NCBI GenBank assembly: GCA_965203455.1
Contig: CBDBCV010000008.1
Location: 2,604-66,603 of the forward strand
Direction of reading: 5' to 3'
Length of the DNA: 64,000 bases
Source: Alphaproteobacteria bacterium
Lineage (GTDB): Bacteria > Pseudomonadota > Alphaproteobacteria > MPNO01
The translations under genes were made by a program, and so were the position numbers. Shown piece after piece: positions 1 to 10,514 of this stretch. The notes below the pieces were generated by a model. It searched no databases. It saw only the letters and a list, made by a program, of their open reading frames with translations, and was not told where the DNA came from. Positions within the stretch are counted from its first letter, which is position 1, and each line of letters begins with the position of its first letter.

Positions 1-711
1 GTTTTCGGCGCGATCCCGCTGTTCGCCGGAACCATGCTGATCACCGCGATCGCGATGCTGATCGCGGTTCCGGTGGGGCTTCTGTCCGCGATCTATCTCT
101 CGGACTACGCCGATCTCAGGGTTCGCGCGGCGGCCAAGCCGGTGCTGGAGATTCTGGCCGGCATCCCGACAGTGGTGTACGGCTTTTTTGCCGCGCTGAC
201 GGTCGCCCCGCTGTTCCGCGGGCTGGGCGAGGCGGCCGGTCTCGACGTCGCCTCCGAAAGCGCGCTCGCGGCGGGAACGGTCATGGGGATCATGATCATC
301 CCCTTTATCTCGTCGCTGTCGGACGACGTGATGAACGCCGTCCCCCAGGCGCTGCGCAACGGTTCGCTCGCGATGGGCGCAACCAAGTCGGAGACGATCA
401 AGCGCGTGATCCTGCCGGCGGCGCTGCCCGGCATTTTCGCCGCCTGCCTGCTCGCCGTCAGCCGGGCGATCGGCGAGACGATGATCGTGGTGATGGCCGC
501 CGGTCTCGCCGCCAACCTGACCGCCAACCCGTTCGAGGCGGTAACCACGGTGACGGTGCAGATCGTCACCCTTCTGATCGGCGATCAGGAGTTCGACAGC
601 GCCAAGACCCTGGCCGCGTTCGCGCTCGGGCTGGCCCTGTTCGTCATCACGCTCGCGATGAACGTCGTCGCCCTGCATGTGGTGCGCAAGTACCGGGAAC
701 AATATGACTGA
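1..711 (+). CDS. pstC: Phosphate ABC transporter permease PstC, 5'-partial (continues upstream of window).
   Basis: Open frame from base 1 (…VFGAIPLFAGTMLITAIAML…). Polytopic permease with the EAA-like region 'GATKSETIKRVILPAALPG'. Stop overlaps the pstA start (ATGACTGA). Followed by pstA-pstB-phoU-phoB. Confidence 0.85.
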   Translation, partial: VFGAIPLFAGTMLITAIAMLIAVPVGLLSAIYLSDYADLRVRAAAKPVLEILAGIPTVVYGFFAALTVAPLFRGLGEAAGLDVASESALAAGTVMGIMIIPFISSLSDDVMNAVPQALRNGSLAMGATKSETIKRVILPAALPGIFAACLLAVSRAIGETMIVVMAAGLAANLTANPFEAVTTVTVQIVTLLIGDQEFDSAKTLAAFALGLALFVITLAMNVVALHVVRKYREQYD

Positions 712-2026
712 CGCCGTGGAGACCCTGTCCGGCAGGCACCGGGACCCGGCGCCGGACCGGCCTGCGCTCGACGACCGCCGCCTGCGCCGGCGCTACGCGG
801 CGGAACGGCGGTTCAAGGTCTACGGCGTCGTCGCCATCGGAGTCGCGATGATCGCGCTCGCGTGGCTGCTGTTCAGCATCGTCGCGCAGGGCTACCAGGC
901 CTTCGTCCATACCTACATCAAGCTCGACGTCGCCTTCGAGGCGCGGCATCTCGATCCATCGGGCGAAAACACGCCGGAGGCGCTGGCCCGGGGGAATTAC
1001 GGCGCGCTCTACAAGAACGCGCTGCGCGGGGAGTTCTCCGACGTGAGGAAGCGGCGCGACCGGCGGGCGCTATACGCGCTGTTGAGCCAGGGCGCGGAGG
1101 ACGACCTGCGCGCCATGGTGCTGTCGGACCCCTCCATCGTGGGCTCGCGCAAGGAAGTCTGGCTGACCGCTTCCGACCATGTCGACATGCTGCTCAAGGG
1201 CAAGATCGACCGCGACCGGCCGGAGCGGGAACGCCCGATCAAGGACAGGCAGTTGGCGTGGATCGATACGCTGGCCGCCGACGGCAGGGTGGAGACCCGG
1301 TTCAACACCCGCTTCTTCTCGGCCGGCGCCTCGCGCGAACCGGAGCTCGCCGGCATCTGGGGCGCCATCGTGGGTTCGTTCTTCACCATGATGGTGACTC
1401 TGCTGCTGTCCTTCCCGGTCGGCGTCGGGGCGGCGGTCTATCTGGAGGAATTCGCGCCCAGGAACCGCTTGACGGACCTGATCGAGGTCAACATCAACAA
1501 CCTCGCCGCGGTACCCTCGATCGTGTTCGGCCTGCTGGGGCTCGCCGTGATCCTCAACTTCCTCGAGGTGCCGCGCTCGGCGCCGCTCGCGGGCGGGATG
1601 GTGCTGGCGCTGATGACGCTGCCCACCATCATCATCGCGACCCGGGCGGCGCTGAAGGCGGTGCCGCCGTCGATCCGCGAGGCGGCGCTCGGCATCGGCG
1701 CGTCGAGGCTGCAGGTGATCACCCACCACGTATTGCCGCTGGCGCTGCCCGGCATCCTGACCGGAACCATCATCGGCATGGCCCAGGCGCTGGGCGAGAC
1801 GGCGCCGCTCCTGATGATCGGCATGGTCGCCTTCATCGTCGACATTCCGACCGGTCCGCTGAGCCCGGCCACCGTGCTGCCGGTGCAGATCTATCTCTGG
1901 AGCGACATGCCGGAGAGGAGCTTCGTCGAGAAGACCGGCGCGGCGATCATGGTGCTGCTGGGCTTCCTGGTGGTCATGAACGCGGTCGCGATCTATCTGA
2001 GGCGGAAATTCGAAAGGCGCTGGTAA
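704..2026 (+). CDS. pstA: Phosphate ABC transporter permease PstA
   Basis: 440-aa membrane protein. Long periplasmic loop followed by the permease core (…[16 protein letters not shown]…). Translationally coupled to pstC. ATG at 704 chosen over the ORF-track start at 677. Confidence 0.85.
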   Translation: MTDAVETLSGRHRDPAPDRPALDDRRLRRRYAAERRFKVYGVVAIGVAMIALAWLLFSIVAQGYQAFVHTYIKLDVAFEARHLDPSGENTPEALARGNYGALYKNALRGEFSDVRKRRDRRALYALLSQGAEDDLRAMVLSDPSIVGSRKEVWLTASDHVDMLLKGKIDRDRPERERPIKDRQLAWIDTLAADGRVETRFNTRFFSAGASREPELAGIWGAIVGSFFTMMVTLLLSFPVGVGAAVYLEEFAPRNRLTDLIEVNINNLAAVPSIVFGLLGLAVILNFLEVPRSAPLAGGMVLALMTLPTIIIATRAALKAVPPSIREAALGIGASRLQVITHHVLPLALPGILTGTIIGMAQALGETAPLLMIGMVAFIVDIPTGPLSPATVLPVQIYLWSDMPERSFVEKTGAAIMVLLGFLVVMNAVAIYLRRKFERRW

Positions 2027-2048
2027 GCCGACCGGCGGGAGAACGACG

Positions 2049-2888
2049 GTGGACGAAACGACGACGGCAGCGGCGGAGATCGCGGAGTCGGCACCCGACC
2101 GGGACTTCCAGCCGGACCGGAGGAACGCTCCCCCGGCCAAGATCGAAGCGACCGGAGTCGGCGTTTTCTATGGCGACAAGGAAGCGCTCCGAAATGTCGA
2201 CATCGACATTCCGGCCAACCGGGTGACGGCGCTCATCGGCCCGTCCGGCTGCGGCAAGTCGACATTTCTCCGCTGCCTGAACCGCATGAACGACGTCATC
2301 GAGGGATGCCGTGTCGTCGGCAGGATGACTCTCGACGGCGAGGATATCTACGACCCGGCCCTCGATGTCGTGCTGCTGCGCGCGCGCGTCGGCATGGTGT
2401 TCCAGAAGCCCAACCCGTTCCCCAAGTCGATATACGACAATGTCGCCTACGGCCCCCGCATCCACGGCATCGCCGGGACCCGCGCGGAGCTTGACGACAT
2501 CGTGCATTCGAGCCTCGACCGCGCGGGGCTTCTGGAGGAGGTCAAGGACCGCATCGACGAGCCGGGCACCGGCCTGTCCGGCGGCCAGCAGCAGCGGCTC
2601 TGCATTGCCCGGGCGATCGCCATCAGCCCGGAGGTTATCCTGATGGACGAGCCGTGCTCCGCCCTCGATCCCATCGCCACCGCCCGGATCGAGGAGCTGA
2701 TCGACGAGCTGCGGGAGAATTTCACCATCGTCATCGTCACCCACTCGATGCAGCAGGCCGCGCGGGTATCGCAGAAGACCGCGTTCTTCCACCTCGGCAA
2801 CCTGGTGGAAGTCGGCAGCACGGAGCAGATCTTCACCAACCCCGGCGACGAGCGCACGCAGGGCTACATCACCGGCCGCTTCGGCTAG
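2049..2888 (+). CDS. pstB: Phosphate import ATP-binding protein PstB
   Basis: Walker A 'GPSGCGKST', ABC signature 'LSGGQQQRL', Walker B 'ILMDEP'. Characteristic PstB C-terminus 'QGYITGRFG'. Confidence 0.92.
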   Translation: MDETTTAAAEIAESAPDRDFQPDRRNAPPAKIEATGVGVFYGDKEALRNVDIDIPANRVTALIGPSGCGKSTFLRCLNRMNDVIEGCRVVGRMTLDGEDIYDPALDVVLLRARVGMVFQKPNPFPKSIYDNVAYGPRIHGIAGTRAELDDIVHSSLDRAGLLEEVKDRIDEPGTGLSGGQQQRLCIARAIAISPEVILMDEPCSALDPIATARIEELIDELRENFTIVIVTHSMQQAARVSQKTAFFHLGNLVEVGSTEQIFTNPGDERTQGYITGRFG

Positions 2889-2922
2889 TCGCGCCGGCGG
2901 CCGGACGAACAAGGAGCTCCCC

Positions 2923-3633
2923 ATGGAATCCGAACATATCGTCAGGTCCTACGACGAGGAGCTCCGGGAGCTGAACGACATGATCGCGCGCATGGGCGGG
3001 CTCACCGAGTCGCAGCTCGCGCGCGCCACCGAAGCCCTCGTCAGCCGCAATCCCGATCTCGCCGAGACGGTGGTCGCCGACGACGAGCGGGTGGACGATT
3101 TGAACTACGAGATCGACGAGAAGGCGACGGTGCTGATCGCGCTGCGCCAGCCGATGGCGCTCGATCTCCGGAACGTCATCGCGGCGCTGAAGATCGCCTC
3201 CGACCTCGAGCGCATCGCCGACTACGCGTCCAACATCGCGCGGCGCTCGCTGGCGCTTTCCGAGGTCGCGCCGGTGCGGCCGGTGCACGCCATCCCCCGG
3301 ATGAGCCGTCAGGTCCAGCAGATGATCAAGGAGGTGCTGGATGCCTATGTCGAGCGAAATGTCGACAAGGCGATGGCGGTCTGGGCGTCCGACCGCGAGG
3401 TCGACGACATGTATACGAGCCTGTTCCGCGAGCTTCTGACCTACATGATGGAGGATCCCCGGAGCATCACGCCCTGCACCCACCTGCTGTTCATCGCCAA
3501 GCATATCGAGCGCATCGGCGACCATGTGACCAACATCGCGGAGATCATCTACTACCTCGTCGAGGGCACGCGGATGCGCGGCGAGCGGCCGCGCGGCACG
3601 ACCGCCGATCACGAGGTCGGCGGCACGAATTGA
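2923..3633 (+). CDS. phoU: Phosphate signalling complex protein PhoU
   Basis: 236 aa. Two PhoU repeats ('…DLRNVIAALKIASDLERIADYASNIA…' and '…FIAKHIERIGDHVTNIAE…'). Sits immediately after pstB. Confidence 0.9.
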   Translation: MESEHIVRSYDEELRELNDMIARMGGLTESQLARATEALVSRNPDLAETVVADDERVDDLNYEIDEKATVLIALRQPMALDLRNVIAALKIASDLERIADYASNIARRSLALSEVAPVRPVHAIPRMSRQVQQMIKEVLDAYVERNVDKAMAVWASDREVDDMYTSLFRELLTYMMEDPRSITPCTHLLFIAKHIERIGDHVTNIAEIIYYLVEGTRMRGERPRGTTADHEVGGTN

Positions 3634-3670
3634 GGTACAGCCGAGTCTCCGGACGAGCGAACGGAACGCG

Positions 3671-4363
3671 ATGAAACCGGTCATCCTGCTGGTCGATGAC
3701 GAAAGGGACCTGCTGACGCTGCTGCGCTACAACCTCGAGCGCGCGGGTCTCGAAGTGCTCGCCGCTTCCGATGGCGAAGAGGCGTTGACGATCGTCTCGG
3801 AGCGGCGGGTGGACCTCGTTCTTCTGGACTGGATGATGCCGTATATGAGCGGCATCGAGGTGTGCCGTCAGCTGCGCCGGAAACCGGCCACGCGCAACGT
3901 CCCGATCATCATCCTCACGGCGCGCGGCGAGGAAGCCGACAGGATCCGCGGCCTCGACACGGGCGCCGACGACTATGTCTCGAAGCCGTTCTCCACCGAC
4001 GAGCTCGTCGCGCGCATCCGGGCCGTGCTGCGCCGCGTGCGCCCGGCGCTCGCCGGGGAGCGGCTCGCCTTCGGCGACATCGAGATGGATCTCGCCGCCC
4101 ACCGCGTCACGCGCGGCGGCCGCGGCGTCCGGCTCGGCCCGACCGAATACCGGCTGCTGCGCCATCTCCTGGAGCATCCGGGCCGCGTGTTCTCGCGCGA
4201 CCAGCTGATCGACGCGGTCTGGGGCCACGACATCTATGTCGACACGCGGACGGTCGACGTCCACATCCGCCGGCTCCGCAAGGCGCTCAACGACGGCGGC
4301 CAGGCCGACGTCATCCGCACCGTCCGCTCGGCGGGCTACGGGCTCGAGGTTTCGCCCGACTGA
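3671..4363 (+). CDS. phoB: Phosphate regulon response regulator PhoB (OmpR family)
   Basis: Receiver domain (DDERDLL…D at 'LLDWMMP'). Winged-helix C-terminus ('…TVDVHIRRLRKAL…'). Position after phoU. Confidence 0.9.
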   Translation: MKPVILLVDDERDLLTLLRYNLERAGLEVLAASDGEEALTIVSERRVDLVLLDWMMPYMSGIEVCRQLRRKPATRNVPIIILTARGEEADRIRGLDTGADDYVSKPFSTDELVARIRAVLRRVRPALAGERLAFGDIEMDLAAHRVTRGGRGVRLGPTEYRLLRHLLEHPGRVFSRDQLIDAVWGHDIYVDTRTVDVHIRRLRKALNDGGQADVIRTVRSAGYGLEVSPD

Positions 4364-5664
4364 GCGGGGGGCGGCGGGAGCCGCCGTCTCACCATCAGCA
4401 GCAGGGCCAGGCCGGGCAGCACGGCAACCGTCGTCAGCACGAAGAACGCCGCCCAGTCGCCGTCCATGCGATCGACCGTCCATCCGGAGACGGCGCCGAG
4501 CTGGATGCGCGCGAAGTTGCCGATCGAGGCGAGCAGCGCGTACTGGGTCGCGGTGAACTCCCGGTTGCAGAGGCCGGACAGGAACGCGACGAAGGCGCTG
4601 GTCGCGAGCCCGGCCGTCAGATTGTCGAGGAAGACGGCCACAGCGAGCAGGCCGTAGTCCTTGCCGGTCCAGGCGAGCAGCGCGAACAACAGGTTGGTGG
4701 ACGCCATCGCGATCCCGCCGGCGAACAGCGCGGTGACGATCCGGACACGCGCGCAGAGTATGCCGCCGAGGACGACGCCCAGCAGCGTCGCGGCAAGGCC
4801 GACGGTCTTGGCGTAGTTGGCGATCTCGACCTTGGTGAAGGCGAGGTCGACATAGAAGACGCCGGCCATGCGCCCGAGCATGGCCTCGCCGAATTTGTAG
4901 AAGACGATGAAGCCGATGACGACGACGGCGACGCCGCCGAGGCGTCCCAGAAACTCGGCGAAGGGCGCGACGACCGCGCGGCGCAGCCACTCGCCCGCCC
5001 TCTTCACGCGCGGCGCGACGCCGTCGGATCGCGGCTCCGAAGCCAGCAGCGGAACCGCCATAAGGAGCGCGAGAAGGACGCCGGCCCCCAGATAGGCCGC
5101 CTGCCAGGAGACGGCGTGCGCGACATAGAGCGCGCCGGCCCCGGAAGCGAAGGCGCCGAGATGCCAGCCGAGCACGGCGACCGCCGCGCCCGCGCCATAG
5201 GTTTCGGGTTCGAGGATCTCGACCCTGTAGGCGTCGATCGCGACATCCTGCGTCGCCGACAGCACCGCCACGACGAACGCCGCCAGGGCGAGCATCGCGG
5301 TCTGCGCGGTGGGATCGGCGAGCGCCATCGCGGCGATCGCGAGGCAGAGCAGCGTCTGGACGGCGACGATCCAAGACCGGCGGCGCCCGAGAACGCCGAG
5401 CACGGGAAGCCGCGCGTGATCGAGGATGGGCGCCCAGAGGAAATTGATCGCATAGGGCGTCGCCACGGCGCCGAACAGGCCGATCGCGGTGCGGCTCAGC
5501 CCCTCCTCGCGCAGCCAGATCGACAGGGTGACGAAGACCAGAGACGACGGCAGCCCGCTCGCCACGCCGAGTCCGAAGATCGCCGCGAGGCGCCGGTCGC
5601 GATAGACGGATAGAGCGCTCTTCGCCTGCTCCAGGCCCCGGCGCGGCGCGGACGGTCCGGTCAT
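4336..5664 (-). CDS. AmpG-family muropeptide MFS transporter
   Basis: C-terminal 443 aa of the 852-aa ORF-track entry. '[10 protein letters not shown]…YAINFLWAPILDHARLPVLGVLGRRRSWIV…' matches the AmpG N-terminal signature region. Start ATG at 5664 overlaps the typA stop (ATGA). The upstream part of the listed ORF is antisense read-through of typA. Confidence 0.75.
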   Translation of the reverse strand: MTGPSAPRRGLEQAKSALSVYRDRRLAAIFGLGVASGLPSSLVFVTLSIWLREEGLSRTAIGLFGAVATPYAINFLWAPILDHARLPVLGVLGRRRSWIVAVQTLLCLAIAAMALADPTAQTAMLALAAFVVAVLSATQDVAIDAYRVEILEPETYGAGAAVAVLGWHLGAFASGAGALYVAHAVSWQAAYLGAGVLLALLMAVPLLASEPRSDGVAPRVKRAGEWLRRAVVAPFAEFLGRLGGVAVVVIGFIVFYKFGEAMLGRMAGVFYVDLAFTKVEIANYAKTVGLAATLLGVVLGGILCARVRIVTALFAGGIAMASTNLLFALLAWTGKDYGLLAVAVFLDNLTAGLATSAFVAFLSGLCNREFTATQYALLASIGNFARIQLGAVSGWTVDRMDGDWAAFFVLTTVAVLPGLALLLMVRRRLPPPPAQSGETSSP

Positions 5665-7481
5665 CCGGCCGCCCTGCGCTGCGCCCGCCTGCGCGCGTGC
5701 GGGTCGAGCAGCGCCTTGCGCAGCCGGATGCTGTGCGGCGTCACCTCGACCAACTCGTCGTCGGCGATATAGGAGATGGCCTCTTCCAGCCGCAGCCTGC
5801 GCGCCGGCGTGAGGCGGATCCCCTCGTCCTTTCCCGCCGCGCGGATGTTGGTCAGTTGCTTGGTCTTGAGCGGGTTGACCTCGAGGTCCTGGCCCCGGCT
5901 GTGCTCGCCCACGATCATTCCGCCGTAGACACGCTCGCCCGGCTCGACGAAGAGCACCCCGCGCTCCTCCAGATTGTGGAGCGCGTATTCCACCGCCTCG
6001 CCGTCGCCCGTCGAGATCAGAACGCCGCGGCGCCGGTCCTCCAGCGGCCCCCGATGCGGTCCGTAGCCGTGGAAGATTCGGCTCATCGCCCCGGTGCCGC
6101 GGGTATCGTTCATCAGCACGCCCAGGAAACCGATCAACCCCCGCGACGGGGCGATGAAGGAGATCCGCGTCTTTCCGCCCCCCGAAGGCCGCATGTCGGA
6201 CATCTCGCCGCTCCGGCGTCCGAGCGACTCGACGACGACGCCGACATGGGCGTCGTCGACGTCGACGATCACCTCCTCGAGCGGCTCGAGGCGCGCGCCG
6301 GTCGCGGGGTCGGCGCGGTAGAGAACGCGCGGCCGCGAAACCGAAAGCTCGTAGCCTTCGCGCCGGAGGGTTTCGATCAGCACGCCGAGCTGCAATTCGC
6401 CGCGCCCGCGCACTTCGACGCCGTCCTCGCCGTCGATCGTGCGCAGGTCGATAGCGACGTTGCTCTCGGCCTCGCGGAACAGCCGGTCGCGCAGCATCCG
6501 GGACGTCACCTTGTCGCCTTCGCGTCCGGCGAGCGGCGAGTCGTTGATCGTGAACCGCATCGCGAGCGTAGGCGGATCGACCGGGACGGCGGGGAGCGCT
6601 TCGGGCGCGTCCGCCGCGGCCACGGTGTCGGCGACCGTCGCGTTCTTCAGTCCGGCGATCGCCACGATGTCGCCGGCGGACACCCGCCGGGCGGGTTCGC
6701 GCGCGAGCCCGTTGAAGGTCAGCAGCTTGGTCATCCGCGCATGCTCGACCGCATTGCCGTCCCGGTCGAGCGCCGTCACCGGCATGTTGACCTCGGCCGC
6801 GCCGCGCGCGATCCGGCCCGTCAGGACCCGGCCGAGATGGGCGTCGTATTCGAGGATGCTGGCGAGCATGGCGAACGGTCCGTCGGGATCGCATTCCGGC
6901 GGTTCCACGTTAGCGGCGATCGCGCGGAAGAGCGGCTCCATCCCGACCCTCGGCGCGTCGAGCTCGTCCGCCGCCCAACCTTCCCTGGCGGATACGTAGA
7001 GGGTCGGGAAGTCGAGCTGGTCCTCGTTGGCGCCAAGCGCCGCGAACAGGTCGAACACCGCGTCGACGACCGCGTGCGGCCTGGCGTCGCGGCGGTCCAC
7101 CTTGTTGATCACGACGATCGGGGCGAGGCCGCGCTCGAGAGCCTTGGCGAGCACGAACTTGGTCTGCGGCATCGGGCCCTCGGCGGCGTCGACGAGGAGC
7201 AGGGCGCCGTCCACCATCGAGAGGATGCGCTCGACTTCTCCGCCGAAATCCGCGTGCCCGGGGGTATCGACGATGTTGATCTTGATGTCCCGCCACAGGA
7301 CGGCGGTGCATTTCGCGAGAATGGTGATCCCGCGCTCCCGCTCCTGGTCGTTGGAATCGAGCGCGCGTTCGGCGATGCGCTGGTTGGCGCGCACCGCGCC
7401 GGCGGCGCGGAACATCGAGTCGACGAGCGTCGTCTTGCCGTGATCGACATGCGCGATCAGGGCGATATTGCGGAGTTCCAT
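5661..7481 (-). CDS. typA: Translational GTPase TypA/BipA
   Basis: 606 aa. G1 '[10 protein letters not shown]', G3 'DTPGHADF', 'NKVD'. EF-G-like domain order. Confidence 0.93.
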   Translation of the reverse strand: MELRNIALIAHVDHGKTTLVDSMFRAAGAVRANQRIAERALDSNDQERERGITILAKCTAVLWRDIKINIVDTPGHADFGGEVERILSMVDGALLLVDAAEGPMPQTKFVLAKALERGLAPIVVINKVDRRDARPHAVVDAVFDLFAALGANEDQLDFPTLYVSAREGWAADELDAPRVGMEPLFRAIAANVEPPECDPDGPFAMLASILEYDAHLGRVLTGRIARGAAEVNMPVTALDRDGNAVEHARMTKLLTFNGLAREPARRVSAGDIVAIAGLKNATVADTVAAADAPEALPAVPVDPPTLAMRFTINDSPLAGREGDKVTSRMLRDRLFREAESNVAIDLRTIDGEDGVEVRGRGELQLGVLIETLRREGYELSVSRPRVLYRADPATGARLEPLEEVIVDVDDAHVGVVVESLGRRSGEMSDMRPSGGGKTRISFIAPSRGLIGFLGVLMNDTRGTGAMSRIFHGYGPHRGPLEDRRRGVLISTGDGEAVEYALHNLEERGVLFVEPGERVYGGMIVGEHSRGQDLEVNPLKTKQLTNIRAAGKDEGIRLTPARRLRLEEAISYIADDELVEVTPHSIRLRKALLDPHARRRAQRRAAG

Positions 7482-7514
7482 GACGGGCGGGCCCTGCCGG
7501 AAAGCCGCCGCTCT

Positions 7515-8507
7515 TTAGGCGGTCGGAAGCAGGTCCGCAAGCCGCGTTTGCGGCCGCGCCCCGTAATGGCCGACGATTTCGGCGGCCGCGATGGCGCCGA
7601 TCCGCCCGCAGAGGTCCGGCTCGTAGCCGCGCGTAAGTCCGAACAGGACGCCGGCGGCATAGAGATCGCCGGCCCCGGTGGTGTCCACCACCTTCCCGAC
7701 GGGCGCGGCGCCGACCCGGACGAGTTCGCCGCCGGCCGCGATGACCGAGCCGGCGGCGCCCCTGGTCAATGCCGCGAAGGGACAGTCGTCGGCGGCGCGC
7801 CGACACGCCTCGTCGAAATCCCCGGCCTCGTAGAGCCCGGTGATCTCCGCCTCGTTGGCGAACAGGATGTCGACATGACCGTGCACGAGATGGCGGAACG
7901 CGGCGCGGTGCCGCTCGACGCAGAACGGATCGGACAGCGACAGCGCGACCCTTCGGCCCGCCGCATGGGCGAGCTCGGCCGCCCTGACGAACGCCGCCTT
8001 CGCCCGCTCCTCGTCGAACAGATAGCCCTCCAGATAGACGATCGCGGCATTCTCGATCAGCCCGGAATCCACATCGTCGGGCCCGAACGCGGTCGAGACG
8101 CCGAGAAAAGTCAGCATGGTCCGCTCGGCGTCGGGCGTGACCAGAACCAGGCAGCGCGCGGTCTCCGGCCCCTCCGCCGCCGGCGGGGAACGGTACTCGA
8201 CGCCGATTGCCGTGATGGCGTCGCGGAACGTCCTTCCCAATGCGTCGCCGCCGACCCTGCCGAGGAAGGCGCCCCTGCCGCCCAGCGAGGCCAGCCCCGC
8301 GACGGTGTTGGCCGCCGACCCGCCCGACATCTCGATCCCGCCTTCCATGTACGGGCGGATCGCGGCGGCCCGGTCCGCGTCGATCAGCGTCGTCGCGCCC
8401 TTCGTCAGCCCGAGCGCGTCCAGCGTGGAGTCGTCGGTCTGGACCACGACATCGACGATCGCGTTGCCGAGTCCGACCACGTCGAAGGGCGCGGAAGCGT
8501 CGGTCAT
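7515..8507 (-). CDS. PfkB-family carbohydrate/nucleoside kinase (adenosine-kinase-like)
   Basis: Starts at 'MTDASAPFDVVGLGNAIVD'. PfkB signature 'VVDTTGAGDLYAAGVL'. ATG at 8507 preferred over the longer ORF-track start at 8636. Confidence 0.8.
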   Translation of the reverse strand: MTDASAPFDVVGLGNAIVDVVVQTDDSTLDALGLTKGATTLIDADRAAAIRPYMEGGIEMSGGSAANTVAGLASLGGRGAFLGRVGGDALGRTFRDAITAIGVEYRSPPAAEGPETARCLVLVTPDAERTMLTFLGVSTAFGPDDVDSGLIENAAIVYLEGYLFDEERAKAAFVRAAELAHAAGRRVALSLSDPFCVERHRAAFRHLVHGHVDILFANEAEITGLYEAGDFDEACRRAADDCPFAALTRGAAGSVIAAGGELVRVGAAPVGKVVDTTGAGDLYAAGVLFGLTRGYEPDLCGRIGAIAAAEIVGHYGARPQTRLADLLPTA

Positions 8508-8638
8508 GGGACATCTCCGGATGCTGCGGTCGCGGCTCTCGGGCGGCGGAAGTATACTCGGGGCGCCAGGCCGGGCGAGCCCGCGCAGGCCGTGACTATG
8601 GTGAGAAATCCGGGCTAAACGCCGTCCGAGCCGCACCG

Positions 8639-9343
8639 ATGCCCCGCAATCTTCTCCTCGCCGTCCGACAGGCCTTCGATCCGGCCTTCCGCGCGGTCGC
8701 CCTCAAGACCGTTGCGATCTCGGCGGGGCTGTTCGTCCTCCTTATGATCTCGCTCGGCTGGGCGCTCGACGTGCTCACCCTGTTCGGCATCGCGTGGCTC
8801 GACTGGACGATCAGGGCGGTCGCGGGCGCCGGCGCGGTCGTCGTCGGAATCATGGCGTTCCCGCTGGTCGCCACGATCGTGGTCGGCCTTTTTCTGGAGG
8901 AGATCGCCGACGCGGTGGATGCCAGGCACTATCCGGACAAGCCGGCGGCGCCGGGGCAGTCCATCGCCTCCTCCCTCGCCTCCGCCGTCAGGCTCGTCCT
9001 GGTGGCCGCGTTCCTCAACGTTCTGGTCCTGCCGCTCTACCTGGTCCCGGGCCTGAATGTCTTTGTTTTCTACGGGTTGAACGGCTATCTATTGGGGCGG
9101 GAATATTTCGAGCTGGTGGCGCTGCGCCGGATCGAGCCGCGCGCGGCGCGCCTGTTGCGCGGTCGGTCCCGCTGGCGCGTCTTTCTCGGAGGAATCCTGA
9201 TCACGGTCCTGTTCAACATCCCCGTGATCAATTGGTTGATGCCCATAATCGCGACTGCGTTTATGGTGCATGAGTTCGACGCCCTAGAACGGCGCCAAAT
9301 GGAGGTCCGGGATCGCGGTTCGACCGGAAACGGGGGCTGGTGA
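8639..9343 (+). CDS. CysZ/EI24-like inner-membrane protein
   Basis: 234 aa. Four hydrophobic segments. 'MPRNLLLAVRQAFDPAFRAVALKT…' is typical of the EI24/CysZ family. ATG at 8639 is in frame within the longer GC-rich ORF. Confidence 0.6.
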   Translation: MPRNLLLAVRQAFDPAFRAVALKTVAISAGLFVLLMISLGWALDVLTLFGIAWLDWTIRAVAGAGAVVVGIMAFPLVATIVVGLFLEEIADAVDARHYPDKPAAPGQSIASSLASAVRLVLVAAFLNVLVLPLYLVPGLNVFVFYGLNGYLLGREYFELVALRRIEPRAARLLRGRSRWRVFLGGILITVLFNIPVINWLMPIIATAFMVHEFDALERRQMEVRDRGSTGNGGW

Positions 9344-9344
9344 C

Positions 9345-9992
9345 ATGGACACGTCGTCGGACGCGGACCAGGAAATGTTGGATATGTTCGGTCGCAAGAA
9401 GAACGACGCCGAAGAGGCGAAGAACGAGGCGCAGGACGGGACCGGCGAGCCCGGGCAGCCCGAGGGGTCCGACGCGGACATACCGCTCGACGTGCCCGCC
9501 AGAGAGCCCCCGCCCGCCCCGCCGGAGGCGCCCGCCCGTGCGGCGCGGACACGGCCCTCCCGGCGCGTCGCGGCTCCCCAGACGGAGCCCGTTCGCCGCA
9601 TCGCCCCCGGCGCCGACAGCGAGGGCAAGTGCCTGGTGGTGGGGCGCAGCATCGCCCTCAGCGGGCGGATAGAGTCCTGCGAAAAACTCATCGTCGAGGG
9701 TACGGTCGAGACCGAGATGGACGGTTGCCGCGAACTCGAGATCGCAAGGACCGGCGTCTTCAAGGGAAATGCGGAGGTCGAGAACGCCGATATCAGCGGC
9801 ACGGTCGAGGGTGTGCTGACCGCGCAAGGCGTCCTGACGGTGCGGGCCTCCGGACGGGTCCGGGGCAAAATTTCCTACGGCCATCTGGAGATCGAACGCG
9901 GCGGAACGCTCATCGGCGACGTGCAACCCTTGTCGGACGACGATTCGGGCGAGACGGATTCCGAGCTCGCGGCCGAGTCGCCGGCCCGCTAG
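9345..9992 (+). CDS. Bactofilin-family cytoskeletal protein
   Basis: Acidic, Pro-rich N-tail followed by a β-helical bactofilin core ('KCLVVGRSIALSGRIE…GTVEGVLTAQGVLTV…GRVRGKISYGHLEIERGGTLIGDV'). Confidence 0.75.
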   Translation: MDTSSDADQEMLDMFGRKKNDAEEAKNEAQDGTGEPGQPEGSDADIPLDVPAREPPPAPPEAPARAARTRPSRRVAAPQTEPVRRIAPGADSEGKCLVVGRSIALSGRIESCEKLIVEGTVETEMDGCRELEIARTGVFKGNAEVENADISGTVEGVLTAQGVLTVRASGRVRGKISYGHLEIERGGTLIGDVQPLSDDDSGETDSELAAESPAR

Positions 9993-10184
9993 ACCATCCC
10001 CGTTTTCGCTCGAACCGCGGTCGCGGTCGCCCTTGCGGCGGCCCTGGCCGGCTGCCGGATCGACGGCCTGACCGACCCGCAACTCACGAACGCCGCCGCA
10101 GACCGGATACCGCAGGAACAACCGCTGCCCGTCCTTTCGAGTCCGGAAGGCGACAGGGGCACGCCGACAGGGGCCGCGGCCGCT

Positions 10185-10511
10185 GTGCCGGCGCCTCCGC
10201 AAGAGAAACCGGCCGCGAGGGTAGCTTCGCTCGATATCGGTCCGGACCGGGTCCTGGATCTGGACGGGCAGGCGGTCGAAGCCTTGTTGGGCGAGCCCGA
10301 TTTCGTGCGCCGGGAAAATCCCATGGAACTCTGGCGCTATCGCCACGAGAAGTGCGCCGTCGCGCTCTTTCTCTATGCGGAGAAGGGGAACGGGAGCGGG
10401 CCCCTGCGGATACGCCACGTCGAAGCCTGGGCGCCGGGCGACGAACAGACCTCGCCCCGGGCATGCCTGAGCGCGCTCGCCAAACGGGCCGGACGGACCT
10501 CCGACGGCTGA
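10185..10511 (+). CDS. Hypothetical protein, possibly a lipoprotein whose true 5' end lies at about 9993 (no canonical start codon).
   Basis: ORF-track start is GTG at 10185. The in-frame sequence straight after the bactofilin TAG encodes a lipoprotein signal peptide with a lipobox ('TIPVFARTAVAVALAAALAGC'). It has no ATG/GTG/TTG. Confidence 0.4.
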   Translation: MPAPPQEKPAARVASLDIGPDRVLDLDGQAVEALLGEPDFVRRENPMELWRYRHEKCAVALFLYAEKGNGSGPLRIRHVEAWAPGDEQTSPRACLSALAKRAGRTSDG

Positions 10512-10514
10512 GCC

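Noticed and set aside
3545-5374. 609-aa minus-strand ORF (and similar long ORFs at 5697..8618 +, 1070..2140 −, 23174..25525 −, 33136..35196 −, 14840..16297 N-terminal part).
   Set aside because: Arg/Ala/Pro/Gly-rich low-complexity translations lying antisense or out of frame to well-supported genes. These are typical stop-codon-poor artefacts of >65% GC DNA.
4336-6894. 852-aa ORF listed as a single gene.
   Set aside because: Only the C-terminal 443 aa (from ATG at 5664) is the AmpG-like transporter. The rest is antisense read-through across typA.
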